This document shows positions 18,568-28,870 of a stretch of DNA of 32,000 nt, piece by piece (within the stretch, counting starts at the first letter, position 1; each line of letters starts with the position of its first letter). The notes under the pieces were generated by a model, which saw only the letters and a program-made list of their open reading frames with translations, was not told the DNA's origin and did no database searches. A program made the position numbers and the translations under genes. Origin of the DNA: Cupriavidus necator (GTDB taxonomy: Bacteria > Pseudomonadota > Gammaproteobacteria > Burkholderiales > Burkholderiaceae); the NCBI RefSeq assembly GCF_016127575.1, contig NZ_CP066018.1, forward strand, positions 2,550,001-2,582,000, in the 5' to 3' direction.

Positions 18568-21192
18568 ATGAAAGTCTCAGACATTCGCAGCAAGTTCCTG
18601 CAGTTCTTCGAATCGAAGGGCCATACCGTGGTCCGCTCGTCCAGCCTGGTGCCGGCGAACGACCCGACGCTGCTGTTCACCAACTCCGGCATGGTGCAGT
18701 TCAAGGACGTGTTCCTGGGCACCGACAAGCGCCCGTACACCCGCGCCACCTCGGCGCAGCGCTCGGTGCGCGCCGGCGGCAAGCACAATGACCTCGAGAA
18801 CGTGGGCTACACCGCGCGCCACCATACGTTCTTCGAGATGCTGGGCAACTTCTCGTTTGGCGACTACTTCAAGCGCGATGCCATCCTGTACGCGTGGGAA
18901 CTGCTGACCAAGACCTACCAGCTGCCGGCCGAGAAGCTGTGGGTGACGGTCTACGCGGAAGACGACGAGGCCTACGACATCTGGGCCAAGGAAGTGGGCG
19001 TGCCCGCCGAGCGTATCGTGCGCATCGGCGACAACAAGGGCGCGCGCTACGCCTCGGACAACTTCTGGCAGATGGCCGACACCGGCCCGTGCGGCCCGTG
19101 CTCGGAAATCTTCTACGACCACGGCCCGGACGTGTGGGGCGGCCCGCCGGGATCGCCCGAGGAAGACGGCGACCGCTACATCGAGGTGTGGAACCTGGTG
19201 TTCATGCAGTTCAACCGCGACGAGCAGGGCAATATGACGCCGCTGCCCAAGCCGTGCGTGGACACCGGCATGGGCCTGGAGCGCATTGCCGCGGTGCTGC
19301 AGCACGTGCACAGCAACTATGAGATCGACCTGTTCCAGGCGCTGATCAAGGCCGCCGCGCGTGAAACCCATATCGACAACCTGAACCAGAACTCGCTCAA
19401 GGTCATCGCCGACCATATCCGCGCGTGCTCGTTTCTGATCGTCGACGGCGTGATCCCCGGCAACGAAGGCCGCGGCTACGTGCTGCGCCGGATCATCCGC
19501 CGCGCCATCCGCCATGGCTACAAGCTGGGCCAGAAGACCCCGTTCTTCCACAAGATGGTGGCCGATCTGGTCGAGCAGATGGGCCAGGCTTATCCCGAAC
19601 TGGCTGAAGCCCAGTCGCGCGTGACCGAAGTGCTGAAGGCCGAGGAAGAGCGCTTCTTCGAGACCATCGAGAACGGCATGTCGATCCTTGACGCCGCACT
19701 GGCCGACCTGAAGCTCAAGGGCGGCAAGACGCTGGACGGCGAACTGGCGTTCAAGCTGCACGACACCTTCGGCTTCCCGCTGGACCTGACGCAGGACGTG
19801 TGCCGCGAGCAGGAAATCGGCGTGGACGAGGCCGCCTTCGACGCGGCCATGAACCGCCAGCGCGAGCAGGCGCGCGCCGCCGGCAAGTTCAAGATGGCCG
19901 CCGGCCTGGAGTACACCGGCGACAAGACCGTGTTCCACGGCTACGAGAAGCTGGAACTGCCGCAAGCCAGGGTCACCGCGCTGTATGTGGACGGCGCCGC
20001 CGTGAACGCCATGCAGCCGGGCCAGACCGGCGTGGTGGTGCTCGACAACACCCCGTTCTACGCCGAGTCCGGCGGCCAGGCCGGCGACCAGGGCGTGCTG
20101 AAGGCAGGCAATGCCGTCTTCGCCGTGACTGACACCACCAAGATCCAGGCCGACGTGTTCGGCCACCAGGGCACGCTGGAAGGCGGCGCACTCAAGGTGG
20201 GCGATGCCGTGTCGGCCCAGGTCGACGCGCAGCGCCGTGCGCGCACCGTGCGCAACCACTCGGCCACCCACCTGATGCACAAGGCCCTGCGTGAAGTGCT
20301 GGGCAGCCACGTGCAGCAGAAGGGCTCGCTGGTGGATGCGGACAAGACCCGCTTCGACTTCTCGCACAACGCGGCGCTGACCGACGAGCAGATCCGCCGC
20401 GTGGAAGAGATCGTCAATGCCGAGATCCTGCGCAACGACGACACGCATGCCGAGATCATGCCGTTCGACGACGCGGTCAAGAGCGGCGCGATGGCACTGT
20501 TCGGCGAGAAGTACGCCGACGACGTGCGCGTGCTGTCGATCGGCACCTCAAAGGAACTGTGCGGCGGCACCCACGTGCACCGCACCGGCGACATCGGCCT
20601 GTTCAAGATCGTGGTGGAAGGCGGCGTTGCCGCCGGCATCCGCCGCGTGGAAGCCATTACCGGCGACAACGCGCTGCACTACCTGCAGGGCCTGGACGCC
20701 AGGCTGAACGAAGCCGCCGCCGTGCTGAAGGCCCAGCCGTCGGAGCTGGTGCCGCGCATCGGCCAGGTGCAGGACCAGGTGCGCGCGCTGGAGAAGGAGC
20801 TGGAACGCCTGAAGAGCAAGCTGGCCGCCTCGCAGGGCGACGAGCTGGCCGCGCAGGCGGTCGACATCAAGGGCCTGAAGGTGCTGGCCGCGCAACTGGA
20901 CGGCGCCGACGTCAAGACCCTGCGCGAGACCATGGACAAGCTCAAGGACAAGCTGAAGAGTGCGGCCATCGTGCTGGGTGCGGTGTCCGACGGCAAGGTC
21001 AGCCTGATCGCTGGTGTCACCGCCGATGCCACGGGCAAGGTCAAGGCCGGCGAGCTGGTCAACTTTGTCGCGCAGCAGGTGGGCGGCAAGGGTGGCGGCC
21101 GTCCCGACATGGCCCAGGCTGGCGGCACCGAGCCGGCCAAGCTGCCGCAGGCGCTGGCTGGTGTCGGCGAGTGGGTGGCGGGCAAGATCTGA
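18568..21192 (+). CDS. alaS: Alanyl-tRNA synthetase
   Basis: 874 aa. [51 protein letters not shown]...[13 protein letters not shown]...[18 protein letters not shown], the editing-domain HSATHLMH and CGGTHV motifs, and a C-terminal DHHA1-like region. Confidence 0.97.
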   Translation: MKVSDIRSKFLQFFESKGHTVVRSSSLVPANDPTLLFTNSGMVQFKDVFLGTDKRPYTRATSAQRSVRAGGKHNDLENVGYTARHHTFFEMLGNFSFGDYFKRDAILYAWELLTKTYQLPAEKLWVTVYAEDDEAYDIWAKEVGVPAERIVRIGDNKGARYASDNFWQMADTGPCGPCSEIFYDHGPDVWGGPPGSPEEDGDRYIEVWNLVFMQFNRDEQGNMTPLPKPCVDTGMGLERIAAVLQHVHSNYEIDLFQALIKAAARETHIDNLNQNSLKVIADHIRACSFLIVDGVIPGNEGRGYVLRRIIRRAIRHGYKLGQKTPFFHKMVADLVEQMGQAYPELAEAQSRVTEVLKAEEERFFETIENGMSILDAALADLKLKGGKTLDGELAFKLHDTFGFPLDLTQDVCREQEIGVDEAAFDAAMNRQREQARAAGKFKMAAGLEYTGDKTVFHGYEKLELPQARVTALYVDGAAVNAMQPGQTGVVVLDNTPFYAESGGQAGDQGVLKAGNAVFAVTDTTKIQADVFGHQGTLEGGALKVGDAVSAQVDAQRRARTVRNHSATHLMHKALREVLGSHVQQKGSLVDADKTRFDFSHNAALTDEQIRRVEEIVNAEILRNDDTHAEIMPFDDAVKSGAMALFGEKYADDVRVLSIGTSKELCGGTHVHRTGDIGLFKIVVEGGVAAGIRRVEAITGDNALHYLQGLDARLNEAAAVLKAQPSELVPRIGQVQDQVRALEKELERLKSKLAASQGDELAAQAVDIKGLKVLAAQLDGADVKTLRETMDKLKDKLKSAAIVLGAVSDGKVSLIAGVTADATGKVKAGELVNFVAQQVGGKGGGRPDMAQAGGTEPAKLPQALAGVGEWVAGKI

Positions 21193-21209
21193 CTCGCGTA
21201 GCGCCGCCG

Positions 21210-21255
21210 CTGGTTTGCCCCCCTCTCCCGCGTGCGGGAGAGGGGGGCAAACCAG
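21210..21255. repeat. REP-like 46-nt perfect palindrome
   Basis: CTGGTTTGCCCCCCTCTCCCGC-gt-GCGGGAGAGGGGGGCAAACCAG has 22-nt arms that are fully complementary. It lies 18 nt after the alaS stop and has no U tract. Confidence 0.5.
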
Positions 21256-21282
21256 CAGGTCGGGCCTGACGTTGTCACAGAA

Positions 21283-21323
21283 GCAGAAAGGGCGCCCCGG
21301 CGCCCTTTCTGCTTTTTATTTTT
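21283..21323 (+). terminator. Intrinsic terminator of alaS, shared with the convergent SPFH gene
   Basis: GCAGAAAGGGCGCC-cc-GGCGCCCTTTCTGC followed by TTTTTATTTTT. The T tract overlaps the stop codon of the minus-strand SPFH gene. Confidence 0.65.
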
Positions 21324-22080
21324 CCGGCGTTCCCTTGCCGCTGCCCAGCACCGTCAGCAACTCCATCGGCAACGGAAACACGATCGTCGAGCTCTTGTCT
21401 CCCGCAATCTGCGTCAGCGTCTGCATGTAGCGCAGCTGCATCGCCTGCGGCTGCCGCGCCAGCATCTGTGCCGCTTCCAGCAGTTTCTCCGAAGCCTGCA
21501 GTTCGCCCTCGGCATGGATCACCTTGGCGCGCCGCTCGCGTTCGGCCTCGGCCTGCCGCGCAATCGCGCGGATCATGGTTTCGTTGAGGTCGACATGCTT
21601 GATCTCGACGTTCGAGACCTTGATGCCCCAGGCGTCGGTCTGGGCGTCCAGCGCCTGCTGGATGTCGAGGTTGAGCTTCTCGCGCTCGGCCAGCATCTCG
21701 TCCAGCTCGTGCTTGCCCAGCACCGAGCGCAGCGTGGTCTGCGCCAGCTGGCTGGTGGCTTCCAGGAAGTTCGCCACCTGGATGATGGCGCGTTCCGGAT
21801 CGACCACGCGGAAGTACACCACCGCATTGACCTTCACCGAGACGTTGTCGCGCGAAATCACATCCTGCGGCGGCACGTCCATCACCACCGTGCGCAGGTC
21901 CACCCTGACCATCTGCTGCACGGCGGGGATCAGCAGCACCAGGCCCGGGCCCTTGACCCGCCAGAAGCGTCCGAGCATGAACACCACGCCGCGTTCGTAT
22001 TCGCGCAGCACGCGGAACGAGGTGATCACCAGCAGTGCCAGCAGGAAGATCAAACCGCCGAAGCTGAATCCGTAGGCCAT
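21316..22080 (-). CDS. SPFH/band 7 (stomatin-like) membrane protein
   Basis: 254 aa. An N-terminal TM segment is followed by [17 protein letters not shown]...[27 protein letters not shown]...[15 protein letters not shown]...[10 protein letters not shown]. Confidence 0.9.
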   Translation of the reverse strand: MAYGFSFGGLIFLLALLVITSFRVLREYERGVVFMLGRFWRVKGPGLVLLIPAVQQMVRVDLRTVVMDVPPQDVISRDNVSVKVNAVVYFRVVDPERAIIQVANFLEATSQLAQTTLRSVLGKHELDEMLAEREKLNLDIQQALDAQTDAWGIKVSNVEIKHVDLNETMIRAIARQAEAERERRAKVIHAEGELQASEKLLEAAQMLARQPQAMQLRYMQTLTQIAGDKSSTIVFPLPMELLTVLGSGKGTPEK

Positions 22081-22082
22081 GG

Positions 22083-23582
22083 TCAGGCTCCCTTGTCTGG
22101 CGTCGGTTGGGGTGGAGTTGTCGGGACAAGCGGGGCGTTGCCGGCGGCGATCACCTCGAGCACCAGGCCCTTGCGCGCGGTGACGACCACCGGCGTGCCG
22201 CGCGGCAAGGAGCTGGCGCTGTGCACGCGCCAGGTCTCGCCGCGCACCGTGGCCCAGCCTTCCTCGCGCAGGTCGTCCAGCATTTCGCCGCGGGCGCCGA
22301 CCAGGGTGTCGGCACCGCTGACCACCGGGCGCTTGCGCGAGCGCACCAGCATCGCCGACATGCCGAACACGAAAATCGCGGACAGCGCTGACATCGCCGC
22401 CACCATCGGCAGCGGCACGCCGAAGCCCGGCACGTCGGTGTCGATCAGCATCACCGCGCCAAAGGCAAAGGCGATGATGCCGCCCACGCCCAGCGCGCCG
22501 AAGGACGGCAGGAACAGCTCCGCCACCATGCAGCCGATGCCCAGCGCCACCAGCGCCAGCCCGGCGTAGTTCACGGGCAGCATGTGCAGCGCGAACAGCG
22601 CCACCAGCAGGCAGATCGCGCCGGCAATGCCGGGCACTACCATGCCCGGCGTGGAGAATTCGAAGATCAGGCCGTAGATGCCGATCATCAGCAGCAGCAG
22701 CGCCACGCTGGGCTCGGTGATCACGGCCAGGAAGCGGTTGCGCCAGTCGGGTTCCAGCGTCACCACCGGCGCATTGGCGGTGTGCAGCACGCCGGCCTTG
22801 CCACCGGCAGCGGTGATCGTGCGGCCTTCAACCTGGCGCAACAGCGCGGGCAGGTCGGGGGCGACCAGGTCGACCACGCGCTGGGCCAGGGCCTCGTCGG
22901 CCGACAGGCTGACCGATTCGCGCACCGCGCGTTCGGCCCACTCGGCATTGCGTCCGCGCAGCTGGGCCAGGCCGCGGATATAGGCCGAAGCATCGTGCAT
23001 TTGCTTGCGTTCCATCGCGTCGGCCCGCGCTGGCTCGCTGGCGGGGGTGGAGGCGGGCTTGGCGCCGGGCAGGGCCTCTGGCTTCTGCGGCCCGCCAATG
23101 CCGACCTGCACCGGGGTGGCCGCGCCCAGGTTGGTGCCCGGCGCCATTGCCGCGATGTGGCTGGCGTAGAGGATGTAGGTGCCGGCACTGGCCGCGCGCG
23201 CGCCGCCGGGATAGACGTAGCTGGCCACCGGTATCGGCGAGGCCAGGATGGCCTGGATGATCTCGCGCATGGACGCGTCCAGCCCGCCCGGGGTGTCCAT
23301 TTCCAGCACCACCAGCTGGGCGCCGCCCGCGCGCGCGCGTTCCATGCTGCGCAGGATAAAGCTGGCGCTGGCGGGGCTGACCGCACCCTTGAGCGGAATC
23401 ACGTAGACCGGCGCGGTTGCCGTGGTCGTGACGGTGGCGGCAGGCGCCGAGGCGCCGGAGGGCGGCGCCGCACGGGCACCTGGGCCGGCGAGGGCAACGG
23501 CGCCGCACGCCAGCGCCAGGCCGGCCAGCAGCCGGCCGGACATCGGCCGAAGGGCCCGCAGCAGCGCGGTGGCAGGTTTCAT
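22083..23582 (-). CDS. NfeD-family membrane-bound ClpP-class serine protease (long form with C-terminal OB domain)
   Basis: A signal-like N-terminus is followed by [25 protein letters not shown]...LEMDTPGGL...[16 protein letters not shown], then several TM segments and the C-terminal [14 protein letters not shown]...[13 protein letters not shown]. It ends 2 nt before the SPFH start, the classic nfeD-stomatin pair. The start is uncertain: ATG at 23582 or 23543, or GTG at 23621. Confidence 0.85.
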   Translation of the reverse strand: MKPATALLRALRPMSGRLLAGLALACGAVALAGPGARAAPPSGASAPAATVTTTATAPVYVIPLKGAVSPASASFILRSMERARAGGAQLVVLEMDTPGGLDASMREIIQAILASPIPVASYVYPGGARAASAGTYILYASHIAAMAPGTNLGAATPVQVGIGGPQKPEALPGAKPASTPASEPARADAMERKQMHDASAYIRGLAQLRGRNAEWAERAVRESVSLSADEALAQRVVDLVAPDLPALLRQVEGRTITAAGGKAGVLHTANAPVVTLEPDWRNRFLAVITEPSVALLLLMIGIYGLIFEFSTPGMVVPGIAGAICLLVALFALHMLPVNYAGLALVALGIGCMVAELFLPSFGALGVGGIIAFAFGAVMLIDTDVPGFGVPLPMVAAMSALSAIFVFGMSAMLVRSRKRPVVSGADTLVGARGEMLDDLREEGWATVRGETWRVHSASSLPRGTPVVVTARKGLVLEVIAAGNAPLVPTTPPQPTPDKGA

Positions 23583-23684
23583 GAGAGGGGCGGGGCACGC
23601 AAGGTGCCGTGATGGCGCCACTTCAAGTGTAGGCCACCGGGCACATCTTGCACGCGGGCTGCCTCGGGCCCGCGCGCCGGGCGC

Positions 23685-24578
23685 TCAGGCCGCCGCCAGG
23701 TCCGGCCTGGCCGAGGGGCCGGGTGAGTGGGCGGTGAGCGTGTCGATCAGCGCATGCAAGGCCGCGCTGGCCATGGACGGATGCCAGGCCAGCAGCGTGC
23801 GCACGCGGCCGGCCGCGCCCAGGCTGTGCTGGCGGATGGCGGGCAGGTCGCGGTACAGCCCCAGCACCGAGCGCGGCACGATCGCCGCGCCGATGCCGGC
23901 CGCGACGCAGGCGACGATGGCATGGTACGAGCTCAGCTGCAGCACGCGCGGCGTCGGCGCATCGCCGATCACATACCAGTTCTCGAGCCGGGCGCGGTAG
24001 TTGCAGCCGGGCTCGAACGCCAGCAGCGTCGGCACCTCCAGGTCGGCCGCGGTGCGCACCGGGCGATGGCGGGCGCGCGTGATCACCACCAGCTCTTCCT
24101 CGAACACCGGGACGGCGCTCAGTGCCGGGTCGGTCAGCGGCTCGGCGACAAAGGCGCATTCGACTTCGAAGCGCGCCAGCGCATCCAGCGCCTGGCGCGT
24201 GGCCAGCGTCACCAGCTCCAGCTGCACCGCGGGCCAGGCCTGGTGGTACGCGGCCAGCACATTGGGCAGGCGGCTGGCGGCGGTGCTCTCCATCGAGGCA
24301 ATGCGCAGCCGGCCGTGCGGCCGCGCCGGCAGCACCGCCTGGCGTGCCTCTTCGGTCATGCTGAGGATGCGGCAGGCATAGTCGAACAGGGTCTGCCCGG
24401 AAGGCGTCAGCACCATGCGCCGGCCGTCGCGCACGAACAGGTCGACCCCGAGCGACTGCTCCAGCTGGCGGATGCGCGTGGTGACATTGGACTGCACCCG
24501 GTGCAGCCGCTCGGCCGCACGGGTGATGCCGCCGGCTTCGACGACGGCGCGGAAGATCTCGAGGGCGGCAAGGTCCAT
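23685..24578 (-). CDS. LysR-family transcriptional regulator
   Basis: 297 aa, MDLAALEIFRAVVEAGGITRAAERLHRVQSNVTTRIRQLEQSLGVDLFVR. It is divergent from the MFS gene. Confidence 0.85.
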   Translation of the reverse strand: MDLAALEIFRAVVEAGGITRAAERLHRVQSNVTTRIRQLEQSLGVDLFVRDGRRMVLTPSGQTLFDYACRILSMTEEARQAVLPARPHGRLRIASMESTAASRLPNVLAAYHQAWPAVQLELVTLATRQALDALARFEVECAFVAEPLTDPALSAVPVFEEELVVITRARHRPVRTAADLEVPTLLAFEPGCNYRARLENWYVIGDAPTPRVLQLSSYHAIVACVAAGIGAAIVPRSVLGLYRDLPAIRQHSLGAAGRVRTLLAWHPSMASAALHALIDTLTAHSPGPSARPDLAAA

Positions 24579-24604
24579 GCGGGACTCCTGAGGCTATTCA
24601 TCTC

Positions 24605-24631
24605 TTATCAAGATGCCTGACATCTTGATAA
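24605..24631. promoter_or_regulatory. Candidate operator: perfect palindrome TTATCAAGATG-cctga-CATCTTGATAA
   Basis: 11-nt arms are perfectly complementary. It sits in the 99-bp AT-rich divergent region between the LysR gene (start 24578) and the MFS gene (start 24678). Confidence 0.5.
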
Positions 24632-24677
24632 TTCATTTTTTGGAATGATGAAGCCAGCGTAGCATACAGGCATCGCA

Positions 24678-25967
24678 ATGCAACCGCTGCCCCGCCAGCC
24701 TCCAGCCATGCCGAACCCCCACAGCCTCGACCCTGAACACCCCGCCGCTGCGCGCGTGGCCACCCGGGCGTCGGCACGGCGCGAAGCCGGCGCGGTGGCG
24801 GTGGCCATGGCCGGCCTGGTATCGCTGGCGGTGGTGATGGGCATCGGCCGCTTTGCCTTTACGCCGCTGCTGCCGATGATGCTGCATGACGGCACCGTCA
24901 CGCTGGATCAGGGCGGCTGGCTGGCCACGGTCAACTACATCGGCTACTTCGCCGGCGCCGCAGTGTGCATGTTCATCCGGCCCGACGCGGTGCGCATGGT
25001 GCGCTGGGGCCTGGCCGCAACGGTGCTGCTGACGCTGGGCATGGCCCTGCCGGGCGGCATGGCGGCATGGTCGCTGTGGCGCGCCGCCGCGGGCGTGGCC
25101 AGCGCCGTGGTGATGGTCTACACCGCGGGGTGGTGCCTGCAGCGGTTGGCGGAACTGGGCAAGCCGGAACTCGCCGGGCTGATCTTCTGCGGGCCGGGGC
25201 TGGGCATCGTGGTCACTGGGCTGGGTGCATCCGGCATGGTCGGTGCGGGCTGGCATGCGGACTATGGCTGGCTCGCGTTCACGGCGCTGGCGGTGGTGCT
25301 GGTGGCGGCGGTCTGGCGGATCTTCGTCGCGCAGCCGGCTGTGCCGATGACGGCGCCGGTGTCGGCATCCCCGGCGGCAGCCGACACCGGCGCCGCGCGG
25401 CTCGATGCCCAGACCTGGGCGCTGACCTTTGCCTACGGCCTGGCCGGCTTCGGCTACATCATCACCGCGACCTTCCTGCCGGTGATTGCGCGCGAGGCGC
25501 TGCCCGGCACGGTCTGGGCCGACCTGTTCTGGCCGATCTTCGGCGCGGGCGTGACGGTGGGCGCGTTCCTGGTCACGCGGGTCGGCATGGCGCACGACAA
25601 CCGCAAGCTGTTGACGCTGCTGTACGGCATGCAGGCGCTGGGCGTGGCGATCGCGGTGGTGTTCCCGACCGTGGCCGGCTTTGCCCTCAGCAGCCTGCTG
25701 GCGGGGCTGCCGTTCACCGCGCTGGTGGCGTTTGCGATGCGCGAGGCGCGGCGCCTGTGGGGGCCGCAAGCGGCGCGGCTGATGGGCCTGATGACGGCGT
25801 CCTACGGCCTGGGCCAGATCGCCGGGCCGCCGCTGGCAACCGCGCTGGTGGCGCGCACCGGCGGCTTTGCCGGCTCGCTGGCGTGCGCGGCGGCGGCGCT
25901 GCTGCTCGGCGCGCTGGTGTTCGCCTGGATGGGCCGCGCCTGGCCGCTGGCGGCTGCCCGGAGCTGA
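24678..25967 (+). CDS. MFS transporter, YbfB/YjiJ-like family
   Basis: 429-aa polytopic protein with VAMAGLVSLAVVMGIGRFAFTPLLPMMLHDG...LATVNYIGYFAGA, typical of YbfB-type MFS proteins. The start could also be the ATG at 24708. Confidence 0.8.
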   Translation: MQPLPRQPPAMPNPHSLDPEHPAAARVATRASARREAGAVAVAMAGLVSLAVVMGIGRFAFTPLLPMMLHDGTVTLDQGGWLATVNYIGYFAGAAVCMFIRPDAVRMVRWGLAATVLLTLGMALPGGMAAWSLWRAAAGVASAVVMVYTAGWCLQRLAELGKPELAGLIFCGPGLGIVVTGLGASGMVGAGWHADYGWLAFTALAVVLVAAVWRIFVAQPAVPMTAPVSASPAAADTGAARLDAQTWALTFAYGLAGFGYIITATFLPVIAREALPGTVWADLFWPIFGAGVTVGAFLVTRVGMAHDNRKLLTLLYGMQALGVAIAVVFPTVAGFALSSLLAGLPFTALVAFAMREARRLWGPQAARLMGLMTASYGLGQIAGPPLATALVARTGGFAGSLACAAAALLLGALVFAWMGRAWPLAAARS

Positions 25968-26112
25968 TCGGCAAGGTGCGCTAAAGTATTGCCTTTGCCG
26001 CCTGGCGCGCCACGCGAGCGGCTGCCGCGCCTGGCGTGCAGCCCCCGTGGCGCGGCACAGAAGGCCGGGGCCGTACCCGGCACGCGAGACCGGGCGGCGC
26101 AGGAGCGACCCC

Positions 26113-26889
26113 ATGTCTTTTGCCTTGCAGCCCGCGCGTGCCGCGGGTGCCCCCATCCGGCCCGTTTCCGCCGAAGAACAGCGTGTGCGCGTCGACCTGG
26201 CCGCCGCCTACCGCCTGGCCGCGCGCGAGGGCTGGGATGACCTGATCTACACCCATATCTCCGCCACGGTGCCGGGCGAGTCCGACCACTTCCTGATCAA
26301 CCCCTTCGGCTTTGCCTTCGACGAGATCCGCGCCAGCGACCTGGTCAAGATCAACGGCCGCGGCGAGGTCGTCGGCGCGACCGTGCATCCGGTCAATGTG
26401 ACCGGCTTTGCGCTGCACGCCGCGGTGCATGCGGCGCGCGCCGACGCGATGTGCGTGATGCACCTGCATAACACCGCCGGCATTGCCGTATCGGCGCAGG
26501 CCGCCGGGCTGCTGCCGCTGTCGCAGCACGCGATGCGCTTCCACGGCCGCATGGCCTACCACGACTACGAAGGCCTGGCCTTCACCCCGGCCGAAGGCGC
26601 GCGGCTGACCGCATCGCTGGGTGGGCATCCCGCCATGCTGTTGCGCAACCACGGCACGCTGACGGTGGGCCGCACCGTGGCCGAGGCCTATGTGCTGATG
26701 GCGACGCTGATCAAGGCCTGCGAGGTCCAGATTGCCGCACAGGCGGGCGGTGCGCTGGTGCAGCCAGGCGCGGCCGTGGCGGACAAGACCTCGGAGCAAC
26801 TCTACGACAACGGCGCCGTCGAAGGCGTGATGGAGTGGCCCGCGCTGCTGCGCAAACTGGATAGAATCGATCCTTCATACCGGGACTGA
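26113..26889 (+). CDS. Class II aldolase/adducin-domain protein
   Basis: 258 aa from the ATG at 26113, preceded by AGGAG with a 7-nt spacer. EEQRVRVDLAAAYRLAAREGWDDLIYTHISATVPG...FLINPFG...MHLHNTAGIAVS...LRNHGTLTVG, with metal-binding His-type motifs. The track ORF start at 25867 overlaps the MFS gene and is an extension. Confidence 0.85.
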   Translation: MSFALQPARAAGAPIRPVSAEEQRVRVDLAAAYRLAAREGWDDLIYTHISATVPGESDHFLINPFGFAFDEIRASDLVKINGRGEVVGATVHPVNVTGFALHAAVHAARADAMCVMHLHNTAGIAVSAQAAGLLPLSQHAMRFHGRMAYHDYEGLAFTPAEGARLTASLGGHPAMLLRNHGTLTVGRTVAEAYVLMATLIKACEVQIAAQAGGALVQPGAAVADKTSEQLYDNGAVEGVMEWPALLRKLDRIDPSYRD

Positions 26890-26941
26890 GCGGGATCGAT
26901 TTCCCGCCGCGACTCAACCACATTCATCAAAGGAGCATTGC

Positions 26942-27130
26942 ATGCCGACTTTCCACGTCGAAATGTTTGAAGGCCGTACCATCGAGCAGAAGCGCAAGTT
27001 TGTCGAGGAAGTGACGCGCGTCAGCTGCGAGACCCTGGGCTGCTCGGCCTCGGCCGTCGACATCATCATCACCGACATCAAGCGCGAGAACTGGGCCACC
27101 GGCGGCGAGCTGTGGGCCGACAAGAAGTAA
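26942..27130 (+). CDS. 4-oxalocrotonate tautomerase-family enzyme
   Basis: 62 aa, MPTFHVEMFEGRTIEQKRKFVEEVTRV... with the catalytic Pro-1 position after Met. AAGGAG lies upstream. Confidence 0.85.
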   Translation: MPTFHVEMFEGRTIEQKRKFVEEVTRVSCETLGCSASAVDIIITDIKRENWATGGELWADKK

Positions 27131-27158
27131 GGCTCCATTCAGCCCCACACTGAACACC

Positions 27159-28190
27159 ATGCAGCACTTCGCCTCTGACAACTACGCCGGCTTCTGCCCG
27201 GAATCGCTCAAGTATTTCCTGGAAGCCAACGCCAGCGGCCATGAGCAGGCCTACGGCGACGATTCCTGGACGCAGAAGGTCTGCGACCGTATCCGCGACC
27301 TGTTCCAGACCGACTGCGAAGTGTTCTTCGTGTTCAACGGCACGGCGGCCAACTCGCTGGCGCTGTCGGCGCTGTGCCAGTCGTACCACTCGGTGATCTG
27401 CCACGAGCTGGCGCATATCGAGACCGATGAATGCGGCGGCCCGGAGTTCTTCTCCAACGGCTCCAAGCTGCTGACCGCGCCCGGCGCTGACGGCAAGCTC
27501 ACGCCTGACGCGGTCGAGGCGCTGGTCACGCGCCGCTCCGATATCCATTACCCCAAGCCCAAGGTGGTGTCGCTGACGCAGTCGACCGAAGTCGGCACCG
27601 TCTACAGCGTGGAAGAGGTGCGCGCGATCGCTGCCATCGCCAAGCGCCGCCAGCTGCGCGTGCATATGGATGGCGCGCGCTTTGCCAATGCGGTGGCGTC
27701 GCTGGGCGTGCATCCGTCCGAGATTACCTGGCGCGCCGGCGTCGACGTGCTGTGCTTCGGCGGCACCAAGAACGGCCTGCCGGTGGGCGAAGCGGTGGTG
27801 TTTTTCGACCGCCGCCTGGCCGAGGACTTTGCCTACCGCGTCAAGCAGGCCGGGCAGCTGGCGTCGAAGATGCGCTTTATCTCCGCGCCGTGGCTGGGTT
27901 TGCTCGAGAACGACGTATGGCTCGCCAACGCGCGCCATGCCAATGCGATGGCGCAGCTGCTGCAGCAGCGCATCAGCGATATTCCGGGCGTTCGCATCAT
28001 GTTCCCGACGCAGTCCAACGCCGTGTTCGCCGAGCTGCCGCTGCCCGCGATCGAGGCGCTGCGCGCCAGGGGCTGGCGCTTCTATACCTTTATCGGCGCC
28101 GGCGGCTGCCGTTTCATGTGTTCATGGGACCTGCAGCCGCAGACGGTCGAGGCGCTGGCCGCCGACATGCGGGCGGCTTGCGGCGCCTGA
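27159..28190 (+). CDS. Low-specificity L-threonine aldolase (PLP-dependent, beta-eliminating lyase family)
   Basis: 343 aa, FASDNYAGFCPE...AYGDDSWT...FNGTAANSLALSALCQSYHSVICHELAHIETDECGGPEFF...CFGGTKNG (PLP Lys)...QLASKMRF. It matches pseudomonad-type threonine aldolases. Confidence 0.85.
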   Translation: MQHFASDNYAGFCPESLKYFLEANASGHEQAYGDDSWTQKVCDRIRDLFQTDCEVFFVFNGTAANSLALSALCQSYHSVICHELAHIETDECGGPEFFSNGSKLLTAPGADGKLTPDAVEALVTRRSDIHYPKPKVVSLTQSTEVGTVYSVEEVRAIAAIAKRRQLRVHMDGARFANAVASLGVHPSEITWRAGVDVLCFGGTKNGLPVGEAVVFFDRRLAEDFAYRVKQAGQLASKMRFISAPWLGLLENDVWLANARHANAMAQLLQQRISDIPGVRIMFPTQSNAVFAELPLPAIEALRARGWRFYTFIGAGGCRFMCSWDLQPQTVEALAADMRAACGA

Positions 28191-28235
28191 CCGGCACCCA
28201 TACCTATAACGACGAGACCCTTCAGGAGCCCCCAA

Positions 28236-28820
28236 ATGCAATACCGATTCTGCCCGCAGTGCGGCGCGCCGCTTGAGGTGCTGCCGCTGTCCGGGCGCGA
28301 ACGCCACGCCTGCGTGCAGCAGGAATGCGGCTTCGTGCACTGGAACAACCCGCTGCCGGTGCTGGCGGCGGTGGTGGAGTACCAGGACAAGCTGCTGCTG
28401 GCGCGCAATGCCGCCTGGCCGGAGACCATGTTCGCGCTGGTGACGGGCTTCCTGGAGCGTGACGAGCCGCCCGAGCTGGGCGTGGCGCGCGAACTGAAGG
28501 AAGAGACCAACCTCGATACCGAGTCGGTGTCGCTGATCGGCGTCTACGAGTTCATGCGCAAGAACGAGCTGATCATTGCCTACCACGTCAAGGCGACCGG
28601 CACCGTGGCGCTGTCCGAGGAACTGGCCGACTACAAGCTGGTGGCGCCGGAGGACGTGCGCGTCTGGTCGGCTGGCACCGGCTTCGCGGTTGCCGACTGG
28701 CTGGCCGCGCGCGGCTATCCGGTGCGCTTCTTCGACCGCCAGACCGGCGCCGACATTCCGGACCCGCGCCGCCCGCACGACTTCAGCCTGGTCGGGGGTT
28801 CGCTACAATACCGTTGGTGA
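28236..28820 (+). CDS. NUDIX hydrolase with N-terminal zinc-ribbon
   Basis: 194 aa. The C4 ribbon is CPQCG...CVQQECG, and the Nudix box is GFLERDEPPELGVARELKEETNL. Confidence 0.85.
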   Translation: MQYRFCPQCGAPLEVLPLSGRERHACVQQECGFVHWNNPLPVLAAVVEYQDKLLLARNAAWPETMFALVTGFLERDEPPELGVARELKEETNLDTESVSLIGVYEFMRKNELIIAYHVKATGTVALSEELADYKLVAPEDVRVWSAGTGFAVADWLAARGYPVRFFDRQTGADIPDPRRPHDFSLVGGSLQYRW

Positions 28821-28870
28821 GGCTGGCCTCCGGCCAGCCGCCCAGCCCCCAGAATCGAAGGAAGAGACGA

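Noticed and set aside
18577-20448. 623-aa minus-strand ORF inside alaS
   Set aside because: It is the antisense shadow of alaS, which is identified with very high confidence on the plus strand.
21316-23582. NfeD/SPFH pair as a candidate novel system
   Set aside because: This is the widely conserved, already described nfeD-stomatin operon with the usual 2-nt spacing. Nothing in the sequence departs from the known architecture.
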